Made by a program: the position numbers and the translations under genes. From Priapulus caudatus (Eukaryota): a stretch of DNA of 64,000 bases. The notes under the pieces are model-generated. The model did no database searches. It was given only the letters and a program-made list of their open reading frames with translations, and was not told the origin of the DNA. Within the stretch, counting starts at the first letter, position 1; every line of letters begins with the position of its first letter. The stretch is taken from NCBI RefSeq assembly GCF_000485595.1, contig NW_014577078.1:329773-393772 (forward strand), written 5' to 3'. Positions 1 through 13,546 of this stretch are shown here, in pieces.

Positions 1-474
1 TGATTCATCGACATGGAATTGATATATATCTGAAACTGATGCTACAAACACAAGTGGCACAACCCTATAGAGGTAATGACATGTAGACAAAGGTAAAAAG
101 TTACTAAAAACGTGTAGATCGAGACAGCAATAGGCAGCATCATCCGTCTACTGGCCAATCCAGGTTAATTATAGGCATGTTCGGTAAAATTTTCAGTTCT
201 CAGTTTTACTGTCCAGAGTGTGAGTCGAGCGCCAGCATTGTTGTCAAAAAATAACGTGCCTAGATGGATTAAGCATCGGAAATTCCTTTTCCACATGGAA
301 AAAGTGGCACATTATCCAATCTATTTATGAGTAAATAAGGCTAGATGTCTGTTGAATTTTTTCTTAAATTATGAGCAATAAATTACGTGACATGGCAGCT
401 GAGGTATTGCCTTCTCAGTTCTCACTATGCAGCCGACGACCTCAAATGAAATTGGTTTTGGCCTTTTTAATGTA

Positions 475-830
475 TTGACTACGTCACGAATTTTCTATGG
501 TAAAATTTGTAAAAATTTTGTTGCCATTTTTTTACCTTAAAAGTAAGAACTAACGGGACTAAATGTATCGTCAAATTCTTACCTGATAAGATGGTTTCTC
601 AACTAGTTAAAAATCCAAAAAACCTGGACGATTTGATATTAGTGTTCCTAACATTAATTGCTTGCTATGGGCTATCATATGAGCTAGCCTATGTATGAGT
701 CACGAGTGTATGTTCACATCGAACAATATAGTAAAATAAGAAGTATAATGCAACAATTTAACCATAAAAAGTGAACAGAATTACAAATATGTTGTGAAAA
801 AGTGGATTTTTTTTTTTTAACCCTTAGGCG
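475..830. repeat. Dispersed repeat whose inverted, interrupted copy lies at 47220-47364, 48040-48082 and 50025-50165
   Basis: Direct reverse-complement match, e.g. gggactaaatgtatcgtcaaattcttacctgataag. Confidence 0.85.
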
Positions 831-3800
831 AGAATTTTTTATTTTGTTGNNNNNNNNNNNNNNNNNNNNNNNNNNNNNNNNNNNNNNNNNNNNNNNNNNN
901 NNNNNNNNNNNNNNNNNNNNNNNNNNNNNNNNNNNNNNNNNNNNNNNNNNNNNNNNNNNNNNNNNNNNNNNNNNNNNNNNNNNNNNNNNNNNNNNNNNNN
1001 NNNNNNNNNNNNNNNNNNNNNNNNNNNNNNNNNNNNNNNNNNNNNNNNNNNNNNNNNNNNNNNNNNNNNNNNNNNNNNNNNNNNNNNNNNNNNNNNNNNN
1101 NNNNNNNNNNNNNNNNNNNNNNNNNNNNNNNNNNNNNNNNNNNNNNNNNNNNNNNNNNNNNNNNNNNNNNNNNNNNNNNNNNNNNNNNNNNNNNNNNNNN
1201 NNNNNNNNNNNNNNNNNNNNNNNNNNNNNNNNNNNNNNNNNNNNNNNNNNNNNNNNNNNNNNNNNNNNNNNNNNNNNNNNNNNNNNNNNNNNNNNNNNNN
1301 NNNNNNNNNNNNNNNNNNNNNNNNNNNNNNNNNNNNNNNNNNNNNNNNNNNNNNNNNNNNNNNNNNNNNNNNNNNNNNNNNNNNNNNNNNNNNNNNNNNN
1401 NNNNNNNNNNNNNNNNNNNNNNNNNNNNNNNNNNNNNNNNNNNNNNNNNNNNNNNNNNNNNNNNNNNNNNNNNNNNNNNNNNNNNNNNNNNNNNNNNNNN
1501 NNNNNNNNNNNAATCGAATTACAATGAAACAAAATACATGCCATAATCAACGCGGTGGCGGGAGGGCGCACTTGATTCGGTTGCCAGTGAGTTTATCAGG
1601 AGAATACCCAGCTACAGTACACGTCAGTTGAGCGCTTTCGCTCTGCGGCACTTGTTTTATATTTAGATGTCATTTATTGTATAATGCATGCCAAAAATCA
1701 ACCAGAGTGAACCAGTTAACACCAATCAGATTTTTAACAACCTAATTGTTTCCTTGATAGTATCTGAAATATGGCATCCTGATTATTTATTCATATGTAA
1801 GGTACATGTTTCATACGCTGGAATTATTATCGATCTGGCATAATGTTCCGGTCCTATTAAAATACAAATTTACAGGACCGTATGTCTTGTAAAAATAAAG
1901 TTTATTGGCGACCCCTGCCACTAGGTATTAGAACAAGAAAATGTGAAAACGACTGGGAGAATATGATGAACCATAACTTTAAAACAATATTAAAGTTATG
2001 AATTTCCATGGCAATGTTGGGGTATGTCTGATTGTCTGGTGGTTAATATGTTTGGACTACACGTTTTGCCTATTTTAAACCCAGTTGTGCAATGGTCAGC
2101 CTTAGGTTGCCATTTCATTCTACAAAAAGATAAGAGTTTAATTAGTGTTGTTTGCTTCCACATAAATGTAATATATTTGATAACTTTTAAAACCTATGAC
2201 ATTCTAGCATTATGAAACTTTAAGGCTATGTACAAGCGTAAAGATTGAGGCATGGGCGTTATAAATTGAGCATAATGCTACGCACGGTATGCAGGTAGGA
2301 CACACGGCAAGATGCTGGAAACCCCAAACAATAAAAAAATATGGAAGAATTTTGTTCAGGTGAATATCCCAGTTCGCATATTATACTATAGCAACAATTT
2401 GCATGCCATTTGGTAACCAAGTGCAAGTCTAGGATCCGTATGTTGTTACTGGGCATGTCGTGGTTCGAGATGAGATGAACATGAACAGAATGTTGTGCCA
2501 AACACTATTAGACCAAGTTATGAGGTTCTAAATGTTTTTCCTGACATCATTAATCTAACATTCATCCTTTTAAACGAGCAGAGCCAGGCAGAGCTGTAAT
2601 TTCGATCTTGAGTGCAATGTGCCGTGACAGTTTTACATTTAACTGTTCATGTATGATTGTTTTACAAACTGATGAAGGCTGTTAGTGTTAGTGTTATATA
2701 TAGTGCAATATAATGCCCTGTCCTACCCAAAGTAATTAAATGCTGATCATTATTAGACCGCTCAACATTTCTAGCTCTAAAAAGTAGTAATATGTGGAAA
2801 GATGTCAACTATATTCGACGGTCGACTATGGATATATCGAGATAGGTTGATGTATCAAATGTCATACATGATGACACATGTATTGAATGACGTTAGTCTC
2901 GAAAAGTATTTCCCGGGAAAAAAAAAGAGATGAATAACACGAATTGTAGGACAACTCCTGTTAACAATTTGGGCAAATGTGCATGTATTTTATACATACA
3001 TTACCTTATATTATAGTATAGTAGATAATAATAGTAGTATGTACATACATGTCATGTATGCATATTTCCACACTACAACAAGGTTATAGGCCTAACACAT
3101 TTGTGAAAATACTGGTGAGTTGTTCGTTTTTGCTGTGTGGGAGTTTACCTGTACTCAGAATAGTGCTGTCTGGAGGCATTCTCTCTACCATTGTGTTTCA
3201 TTGGAATGTTGGGAATGTGAGCAGGGTCAACAGGTTAGTAAACCTGCCCAGTACCTGTTCCCAGCGACTTAATGTTTATGTGCGCTGTACACGCCCACGT
3301 TCAAGCACAGCTCCCACGCGGCTCACTTATCTCTCGCTAAATTCCGTCTGATGATCAAGCGTCAGAGAAGAATTGAATCAAATATCATGCATCCGTAAGC
3401 ACACCATTACAGGTGGTGTACTTATTATACCGCCTCGTGTAAACAAATTGCCTACCCGTACGAAGATGCGAGACTAACGCAATACGCAGCCAGCCGGACA
3501 CCGATCTATTCGGATATTTCGATAAAAGCTGTTGAAAAACTACCCATATATCAAAGAAAATAATTAATAAATATTTGACTTCCTTCATATTTTAACTTTA
3601 AGTTGTATTATTCTAGCCTTGTTATTAAACTTTTAGCATTAGTTTGCTATGTATACTGTAAATTTCAGGAGCCAACAAACTTAAATCAATCCAATTGATA
3701 TCGACATTCGATCGGAATGTCGAAAATCTGATACACCACAAGTTAAACAGTTGAAATCATAATGCTAATCGCACGGTAGCACCACGTGTGTGCCGTGTCT

Positions 3801-4427
3801 TAAATTAAAGATTTCTAACAACCTGCCTGACTGCTCTCATATTTTCCTAGGCATCGCGATGTTTACTTCTATTACTGGCATAACAGGAAGTGTCTACAGT
3901 AAGGCTAACATGTCTTAGATCATTCGTCCATCGTTACTTTCACCAGGATATGCATTGATTGAAATTTCTTTGTCAATTTCTTTTTGTTGGTTATTTTTTG
4001 GTCAGTTGTTTCTGGCCAGAAGGCTGTACCTCTACACTGTTAATATGAACTTGCACAAAGTAATTGTAGCGCTTAGGCTCCCGTTATCACCGTGCCTCAG
4101 TAATTCCTTGAAGTCATTTTATGTGTCAACCGTTTATTACGTCATTGTATAGATTACTGTAATTTACAAACGATTCCATTTTCCATACATCACAAAATGA
4201 TGTAAAAAATAAACTTAAAAAAAAGCAAACAAAACATTCACTCATCATTCAGTGTTTAGGCTTTTAACTGCATACTACCTAACATAATGCAATGTTAAAA
4301 GTAACAAATTTGTATAACATTTCTTTAACATAAATGAAGATTTTAAGTATTGTAAATTGAGTTTGTAAACTACGTCTTACCATGTTTTATGGCTACGGTA
4401 ATTTTATATGGCGACATAGTACACTAA

Positions 4428-5161
4428 AGGTCCCCACACACGGTGAGGTTCTTGCTGAGCACGGAGCGTGAGTTTCGTGCTCAGCAGGAATCTCACACCC
4501 CCGCACCCTGTGAGATTCGTGCTGAGCACGGAGCGTGAGTTTCGTGCTCAGCAGGAATCTCACACCCCCGCACACGGTGAGATTCGTGTTGATCACAGAG
4601 CGTGAGTTTCGTGCTCAGCAGGAATAGCGTGAGTTTCGTGCTCAGCAGGAATCTCACACCCCCGCACACGGTGAGATTCGTGTTGATCACAGAGCGTGAG
4701 TTTCGTGCTCAGCAGGAATCTCACACCCCCGCACACGGTGAGATTCGTGTTGATCACAGAGCGTGAGTTTCGTGCTCAGCAGGAATCTCACACCCCCGCA
4801 CACAGTGAGATTCGTGCTTAGCACGGATCTTCCGAGTGGGTGCCACTGTCTGGTGCACGGGTGCACGAAGCGGTCACTGGAGCGGGTGCACGGCTGAACC
4901 AATCAAAATGCGCTGCCACTGAGTGAGAACCAATCAAAATGTGCCGCCACTGAGTTTCTTGCTCAGCAGGAGTCTCACATCCCCGCACACGCTGAGTTTT
5001 CAGCCTCGCGAGACCAAAATGATCAAACACGACAGATATTTTTCTCACTGCCTCGCGAGATCGGAAACTCAGTGAAATCGACCCCGCACACGGTGAGGTT
5101 CCTGCTGAGCACGAAACTGACATTGCGTGCTCAGCGCGAACCTAACCGTGTGCGTGGGCCT
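4428..5161. mobile_element. PIF/Harbinger-like MITE with an internal 67-bp tandem array
   Basis: About 35-bp imperfect TIRs (aggtccccacacacggtgaggttcttgctgagcacg / cgtgctcagcgcgaacctaaccgtgtgcgtgggcct), with TAA on both flanks. Units start at 4465, 4532, 4599, 4626, 4693 and 4760; the 4599 unit is truncated to 27 bp. Confidence 0.8.
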
Positions 5162-5425
5162 TAACTAAACATATTCACAACCGTTGCATGCTGCCTGTAT
5201 TCTCAACCTGACTGCCACGAGAGATGTGGTACCAGGCTAGAAGAACCACTTACATAACAGAATCAGATGCACTTTTGTTAGAATTAGAAGCACTTGTATA
5301 GACATAGCCATTTACAAGGCAACCATCATGATATTGAAAAATGGAATTATTCACTTTTTATATACCACAAGAGCATAAATACTTGGCAATTTCAAAATTG
5401 GTGTAATAAGTAGCGTATCTGCTAA

Positions 5426-5859
5426 AGCGGGGGACACACCATGCAAATTTATTCGCACGTCCGCAGCGATTGTTAAAATTGCAGCGAAATTCGCATGGTG
5501 TGTCCGCTGAAGCGCGGGCGAATTTCACTGCGAATTTCATCTGCACCGAAATTCGCAGCGATCAAACATGTTTGATATTTTCGCTGGATACAAATTCGCA
5601 TCGTGTGTCCGTGGAAGCGAAAATCAAGCCGGCCGATGTTATAATGCAGCGAATCATTGATCAGTATGCTAATCACGTGACCACATGACTGCTGGAGCCA
5701 TGGTTGGAGCCGTGTGGCAAAAATAGATCGCGTGTAGTGTGTCCGCTGCGGTCGCGTGAATAAATTCGCATGGTGTGTCCGCTCAATTATCGGATGCGGG
5801 TGCGAATAATTTCGCTGCGGATATGATCGCAGCGAAATTCCCATGGTGTGTCCCCCGCG
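5426..5859. mobile_element. PIF/Harbinger-like MITE
   Basis: TIRs agcgggggacacaccatgcaaattt / aaattcccatggtgtgtcccccgcg; TAA TSD; internal repeats of aaattcgcatggtgtgtccg. Confidence 0.8.
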
Positions 5860-8344
5860 TAAACGGTGAGCCTATATCTCACTGCATTCTTTTTAGGTTT
5901 TGGTTGTGCTTGAGAGGTGATTTGGTTGAAAATTCACAGTCAGTCGATTTTTTCATTTTAGTAGGTCCGCGTGCTTGACGCAAATTGAAGCGATTGCATT
6001 GTTTTCACCTACTTCGCCACAGAAAAGAATTAACTTCGTACATAAGCAGTGGTCGGTAGCGCCCAGTTACTTGCTAGCAAGCCACTGAAGGGTTCCAAAT
6101 TTATTTAAGATATTTCACGTTATTCTAGCTGTGGCGATGTTTCGGAGCTGTGCCAGCTACGCGTTTTTATATGGCAAGTGTTTGAGACGGTATTTTGGTG
6201 TGTGACCGTTTCTTGGAGCTAAGAATTTACCCGATGCCTACTCTGCGTACATGGTATGCATTTGATGTGCACATGCTACGCCAACACTCATAGCGTGTGT
6301 AACATTCATCTAAATGTACTGTGCATGTGCGCAGACTTACATACTGTACGCGTACATGCCTGTACGCGTTAACACGCGTTACTACACAAGGTGTGCCATA
6401 CAACACAAGTAGTCCATTATGAAAAATGTCAGCATTGTAGCATTGTTGTCCACTGTAGTCATCTTCTTATTATGCTAAGGTTAGTGGATAGTTACCCGGG
6501 AAATATAAAGCCGTATACTCGTAGAATGAATTTCGTACTTATGTCAGTATGTGAAGAGTACACTGTTAGAGCACAGCACTCAGCAGCTTGTGAATTTGAG
6601 AGAAGATGCATCTAAAACTGCACGCAGACAATCTCTTTAATAGCAATGCTAGTGTAAACACTATGACTGCCAACGCCATCAGGTGCAAATAATATTAAGT
6701 CAAATTGAGATGATTTACACCGTATACGCATACATGTATGCGTATTAGGTGTAAATAATACCGTCATGAATGTGTATGGCAGACTTTGGCAGTATGCCTT
6801 ATGTTACGTGCTTGACGGGGGCACGTGTGCGTACGTGTATCATTATGGGATATTCGCTTCTTAGTCTATGTGTGCAGAAACAGTGCATCTGGCTGTACAA
6901 TTGTGGGCTACTTGCACATGACTTACTCCCTTCACACTTTATGAATGCTTTATATTGCTAAAATGCAAATCTTTTGTAGGGGTGATTTTGTATTTTTCCT
7001 CGTTTTTTTCGTTCTCGCTTCCTTTTTTGTCGTGGTCATTTATATGATGGGTACTGGGCATATTGCCTATCACTTTTGTGTATTTTTTCGTTATTCCATG
7101 TGTGTATGAACTCAACAACTTTTAGTAGTTATATTTTGTGTTCTATCATAGCCAACTAAAAGGACAGAGGTAAACAATATAAAATATGAAATTGTAGACA
7201 TGTGCATTTTTTCCATGGTATTTAGTTTTCCACCCGGTCTGTCAGACCATGTCTTCCAAAAAAAGGTTGGAAATCTGTCCTCGCCCCAATGTAACCCGTG
7301 TTCCCTAATTTTGCCAGGATGAAAGCTTATGTCACCCTGACTCTGTATACTGAATATCAAAAACATGGGTAAAACAGTTTACATTTTTGCCGCAATTGTG
7401 CGTTTCTTTCAATACCATCAGTTGAATTGAAAGGAGAATATTGATATTCCCCCTTCCTTCACGCCTCTTGACCTTTGACCATTGGCCTGAGATTCAACCA
7501 TCCAATGTCGTTTCGGATTGCTGCCCTGCCCTCTTACATCTAATCCCGAAAATCAGTACGGTATGTTGAGCCGTTTACATTTGTGTCAATATTGCTAACG
7601 GACGGAGGGACCGACGTTCATGCCATTCTACATGCTGTATCTGACTATATATCAGGCCTCAATAGTTATTTTTCGTTACTATATTTAGACATGTATGGTA
7701 ACTTATTTCTTTTGCTTATCTGTATGACAGATAATACTGGTATTTTGAGGTATTGTTTCTGGTCACCAGCTATAAATAAAAATTATGCTATTGCTTAGAA
7801 ATTCCAAGGGGCCGGCTGATATGGTTTATACATTTCTTCATGTAATTGCCCATCAGCTGCTTACGTTAATTTCATTTAATTTGCCAGTATTTTCTTTTAT
7901 TTGCCACGTAGCTGCTTACAGCACTACGAGAGCAATATGAGAAAGGACAGACTGGGATGTTGTTTCTGTACGTGAGTGTCAGTTTGGCCTCTGTGTGCTG
8001 TGCGCGGAAGATTGAAATGAACCCACCATGAGCAGCTGAGCGTGGCAAGCGCACTGTACATGTAGTGGCTTTAATAATCAGTACCGCCTGCGCTGCCTGA
8101 AGGTTGGGAGCCCGGCCTTGCTGCTGCGAAGACAGCTGCCGCAAGATACGCAGGCTACTTGGTAAAAACTTCAGAGTGCGCCAGATGTCTATGGCGTCTG
8201 CAAATTCCCGCTGCTCTCTGCTCGCCCGGACAAGGAGGAATAGCGTCTTGCGCCCGTGCTGCGTACATGTAGCAGCATCTCTGCCCGTTGGTCAACATCG
8301 GCGCTAAAACGTTAGTGCTGGAAGAGATATGTGTATTCAGTAAC

Positions 8345-8607
8345 GCTCATAGGGTCTATGTCCCCCAGGGTACTATCGGAGGGTACCCTGGGTACGGTTC
8401 GATATATCGGAACGTAGCCTGGTAACTATCTGATGTGGTTAGGGTTAGGGTTAGGGAGTAGGCGTAAGCGACTCCCTAGACTCGTTAGTGTAGTAGGCGA
8501 GGTACGGTCCGGCATATTAGATAGTACCAGGGTACGTTCTGATATATCGAACCGCGAGTACCCGCGGGTATATTCCGAGTACCCTGGGTGACATAGACCC
8601 TCTCAGC
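8345..8607. mobile_element. MITE with 9-bp TSD carrying (TTAGGG)3, copy 1
   Basis: TIRs gctcatagggtctatgtcccccagggtact / agtaccctgggtgacatagaccctctcagc; TSD ttcagtaac at 8336-8344 and 8608-8616. Confidence 0.88.
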
Positions 8608-10438
8608 TTCAGTAACTAAGGTTCGCGGCGATGTCATTCCCTGACGCGTGCACAGTCCAAAACCAACATAATATGCAGGAGCACAAGGCAGTGGTATATC
8701 TCGGGATGGCGCCTTGCCGAACTGCTAGGCGGCAGCCCTGTGCCACGCGTGGCGTATGATGTGATTAATCAGTTTTTGTTTTTGTGAGCGGTAATTGGTG
8801 TGAAGAAAAATTTTGAAATGTTATCAGTCACTATGTGCTGTGCTTAGTGACAACTGGACAAAGTCCCGAATAATAGTGCAATGCTGAACATTTTTGTAAA
8901 CGTATTCATGTCAAAGATATTTACCAACGTGCACTACTTAGTATTTGTCAGTACTTATCTACGAATATAAATATTTTTATTGATTGGATTCACATGCCTG
9001 ATAACATGTAGGCGAGCCATTTATACTTATAACCCGACTTAAGATATATATATATTTAGACCAAAGAAGAATCCTGTTTTAAAATTTACATTCCTGCCAC
9101 ATCAGTGTCGATTAAAGACAAAATATGGGTATATTATCCGCATTGTTAATGAATGCTAGAATAACTGACCTCTCGAATAATTAATAAGTATATAACCTCC
9201 CTGCTAAGTTCGTATTAGATTGCCTAATTTCATAAGATGTTACTTTGCAAGCCAGATATTGAGGGCATATAAAACGAAATGAACATGTATGATAAATCAT
9301 AAATAATGATGGTAACGTTGCGTGTTGCCAGGCATTTGGGTGAAACCGGCACGAAATGAACATGCATTTGACAAAATGTATGATAAATCATTAATAATGA
9401 TGGTAACATTGCGTGTTGCCAGGCATTTGGGTGAAAATTCTGTATTTCTGATTGAAAATCGTAAGCAACTACTGATATTAAAATGCTAATGATTTTCAAT
9501 TGAGCTTTTTCTGAGTAATCACCAGTGGAATAGGACGAACTAAGATGAATTTGCTGGTAAGGTTATATATATTTATATATACTTATGAACCTACACAAAG
9601 TTCCAGTTGTGTTAGCATTTGTAAACAGTGTGGATTAAAAATAGCTATTTTCTTTGTCTAATGCTTACCGGAAGCTAATAAGTGCCAAATATTACACCTA
9701 GTGATGTGAGGTTCTGCTTTTTTCAACGAAATATAGTACTTCATGTTATCAAATACTCTAAATATAGTTTAACCACGATTTTGTAAAAATTGTATGAAAA
9801 ATGGTTTCTGGTATGACGTCACATGGATGAAATGATCCTAGCAGTTATTTCTCCACCAAATTTCAAAATTCCCATGATATATTCATTATTGTGACAATGT
9901 GTCAATGAGCTGTGAAGAATTTAGAGGATTTGGCAGTTGGAAGATAAAATAAGTTAGCTTTTGATTTAGTTTATGTTCAAGATTTCACTGTCAGAATTCA
10001 ATGAATCCTTGTAACAAATCTTTTTTTAATAGTGATGTTGATAATAATTGTTACAGTGCTCTTTTTAGCAACAACCTGATACTGTTCATGGAGACCAACT
10101 GCAACCCACCCAAACAGCTAACCGGCATTGGTATACCTTGAATATTGCACCGGCCTGTTCTCTCACGCGCACACTACGTGTATGTCTGTATGTTTGCGTG
10201 GGCGTGCGTGCACCATATTGATATTTTAGGTTTCTAAACACCCTTATCTTCGTATGAAATATTTTTACTTTGTAATATAAATATATATGATGTTCCCGCA
10301 CGTTGATTTGTATACCAGCCATATAAAATACTTATAAATATAATTTGCTAAATGAATAATGAGTATAGAAAATGCGTATAGTGTGGCCATTATAGAGATA
10401 GGATAGAATGTAAGGCATATATATATATATGATATATA

Positions 10439-12035
10439 TGTAACAGCGTGTGCAAGATAGGTATGATAGTTGTCAACGTTTTATGTTGTAGACAGTGGAT
10501 TAATGAAACTCTAGTGCAAATGCAGATCTAGGGGGTGGAATCACTATAATGAAGCTGACTCTGAGAAGACAAAGCCTGCATGTTATCCGGTTTCTCACTA
10601 GTCGAGAAACTGAGGTAGTTGTTAAGGATCGAGGAATGGAATAAGCACCTATATAAAAGGGGGCCAGATATCTAGCAAGGGATTGTAAGGTAGAGGGATT
10701 CCAAGATAGAGATCGAGACTCCTAGGTGATGAGACTTGCGGACTCTCAATACTCTGGTCACCTCACATTTGTAACCGTTGGTTAACCACCATTTTCCTTA
10801 CCAACCAACCATGGAAAGGCAGAGAAACGATAGAGAAGGCAGAGGCAAGGGCAATGTGAATGAGGTAAAACAATGATTAAAAAGCTAGAGGCAGCAGGTG
10901 GAGGAGCGACAGAATACTGTTAGAGAAGATAGAGGAAGAAAGAAGGTAGAATATGGAAGTATGAGTATAGGAGGTGGGTAGTTAGCTGATGGTAGAGAAG
11001 TATGGGAATGTGTGACAGTGGGGAGATGAGGGGGTGTGGTAACTCACAAAGGCCTTCAGTGATATCATTTGTCTTTATACATCTTTCCCAATTTTTGCTT
11101 TTTCATTAGCATTTTACCCTATGAGGCTATGAAACAAGATTAGAGAAGGTGGTGAGCCGTTGTTTTTTCCCGTTTTGTGCTGAGAGCATGTCGGACGCTC
11201 AGTTGCACAGTTCCTGATCCAATACTTCAAGGGCAGATGTCGGTCAACATTGTGACTACAGCATATCTAAACACGGAATCCCATACCACTGGCAGTTCCA
11301 GCAGATCGGTTCAATTCAGTTTTCCACACTGTTGCCTTTGCTGTTCCGTATGTTCAGTTCTTTTACATATAACTGTCGAAGACTTTTGAGGCTCCATAAC
11401 AATATATCAGGTTTTCCTACATGACCAACCAGCTTCTGCACCCGCTTCTCGCATATCTTGTGTCTACCTGTGCTAGCCTGTTTTTATGCGAACACTAGAC
11501 GTTTTGCTTAGAGACAATGCTCAGGAAAGTTAACGTCAGGTGTTCTTGGCTGTGTCTTTGTGGTTTTTAAAGATTTTGTAAGTTTGTAGAGCCCAAGGTT
11601 CTGTGTACTGCTATAATGTAAGTCGTTGGCCTCACTCCTAGCTAGGCGCCGGGATTTTCTTGCTAACCCCGTCTCTTCTCTCAGTAGTTTCTGATGTTAT
11701 TCATTCAGGAACAAAGAGCAACAGATTCGACTGAGAGATGGTACAGGCATGCAGTACAGGCTAGGTTCTCCCAGAAACAGTGTCTTCCCCAAGAGAAGGT
11801 AAAAATGTTGCATGCAAGAGACAGATACCTGTAGTGACTAGAACTACCATCTGGATGTTAACTTTAGTAGCCATTTGTGCAGCAACATGGTCGTTCAGTT
11901 AACACTGGAAATAAATCTCGAACTTTGTAACCTAGCTTGTTGGTTTTCTCATCTTTAAACACATGACCCTAAGTGTTGATAGTCCTTGTAGATGCCTGCA
12001 TCTAATATTAGTGATATTCTGAGAAAGAACTGACA
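10439..12035 (+). mobile_element. Possible solo LTR or LTR-element relic inserted in a (TA)n tract
   Basis: Starts TGTAAC and ends ..TGACA, with tata on both sides; TATAAAA near 10652 and AATAAA near 11910. No coding evidence, and the boundaries are uncertain. Confidence 0.35.
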
Positions 12036-13460
12036 TATATGTATATATATATATATTATATACACACACATATATATCAGTTCCTTTTCGTATAATATGT
12101 ACATAATATGTTTACATATCACACTAAGCCACAGGGTGATTACAATTGTCGTTCGCTGCCACCTATGGCCAATGGTACATGTATGCATTCATGAATCCGT
12201 TCTTGGTTGAGTGGTATTTTGATGTGATTGAGAGTTTATATTACATAAATTGGTACAGCAGTTTGTACTGAAATGTATCACGCAAAATATAGCTTGCAAC
12301 ATGTTGGGTGTCTATCTTTGCATACTGTGTACTGGGCTTTAGTATTAAAGTATTTTCAGCACGTAGCCAACTAATGTGGTGTTATAATATTTTCGTGTGA
12401 ATATGAAACATTTGATCGTGTTATAGATTTAGTGACTGTAGATATCATAAGAAATAATAATGGTGGGTACAACTTTAATGCTGTATCTGTATCTCATATG
12501 ATATTCGTTTCTTCACTAAAAAGTTTAAGTTGGTTTCTTCACTAGGGAGACATTCTTTAACCGCCAGTACTAATTATGTCACCATTTATGGCTTCAACTT
12601 CACCTTTTGCATCAAATTGAGATGTGGAAGATGAAAGCAAAAGTACGAAATTAACCCATTTTCTGTAACTTGACCAGAAAATTAAGGGTAACAATGCAGA
12701 TTGAATAACACGAATAATAATAAAGAGGAATCTGAATCAAGAGATCAGTTGTTAAAAATCAAAAGTCAAACTGCACATTGTTTGTGATATCAAATGAACC
12801 ATATATATGTAATATTTACAGTGTTGCGAAGCTGATTTATTGTTTTGTTAGGTACTGTGATCTTGTAAATAAAGTACTCTCCGTGTTATTTTTTGGGTTA
12901 ATATTTGTATGTGTTTTTAACGTACAATTAATAGTGTCTAAACACAGAGCAATTCTGTAATGAGTTCACGCGTGTGTGCTTTGTGTAGTGTCTTCTGCTG
13001 CTCTTGTCTTTACTTGGGCAATTATGACACATTTAACACAGTGTCTTGTAAATGTTTTGCTTGTAGGGTGTATGCTTCACTCTCTCAGCCATGATATGAC
13101 ACTTGCCAGAAGGCTTCTATAAAATTACATTATATTAATAATATACCTCTATAAATACTGATATTTGTAATATATTTATTGTTACGCCTGGAAATACAAG
13201 GAAATTTTTTTACTTGGTAACATAGTTTGCTATTTTTTTAATTGTAAGAACCTTGCGCATGTTACCGGGGACCGGGCAAAAAGCCATTTCGAGCAGTGGT
13301 ATGCGTCTTGTGTACATCACTGAATCGTTGGGATTAAAACTTAGCCATATGTTATATACGTCGTGTGGTCGTGTGTATAACCTGACCGTGTGTATGATGA
13401 ATAGTAGTACACCAATGCCGTGCCTGGCCCCGTTCTACATGCACCAGGAGTAAATAATAC

Positions 13461-13546
13461 CAAGAGTCCATAATAGAGACATCTATTAATTCTCTAACTC
13501 TTCTTAACTCTTCTTAAAACTCTAACGTGTCTATTATGGACTCTTG
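13461..13546. repeat. Short foldback element
   Basis: caagagtccataatagagac ... gtgtctattatggactcttg inverted repeat around a CT-rich spacer. Confidence 0.6.

Noticed and set aside
714..1571. Long ORFs 714-1571 and 802-1527
   Set aside because: They are artefacts of translating the N gap.
4465..4825. Palindromic repeat array resembling CRISPR
   Set aside because: Contiguous tandem units with no unique spacers, no cas genes, and a eukaryotic context.
8082..8161. WW-like peptide PPALPEGWEPGLAAAKTAAARYAGYL, a candidate for the missing WW1 first half
   Set aside because: Spacing to the aromatic residues is wrong, and the nearby GT is phase 0 whereas the next exon needs phase 2. Probably chance.
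8439..8456. (TTAGGG)3 as a telomere or chromosome-fusion relic
   Set aside because: It lies inside a TSD-flanked MITE that recurs at 51.3 kb.
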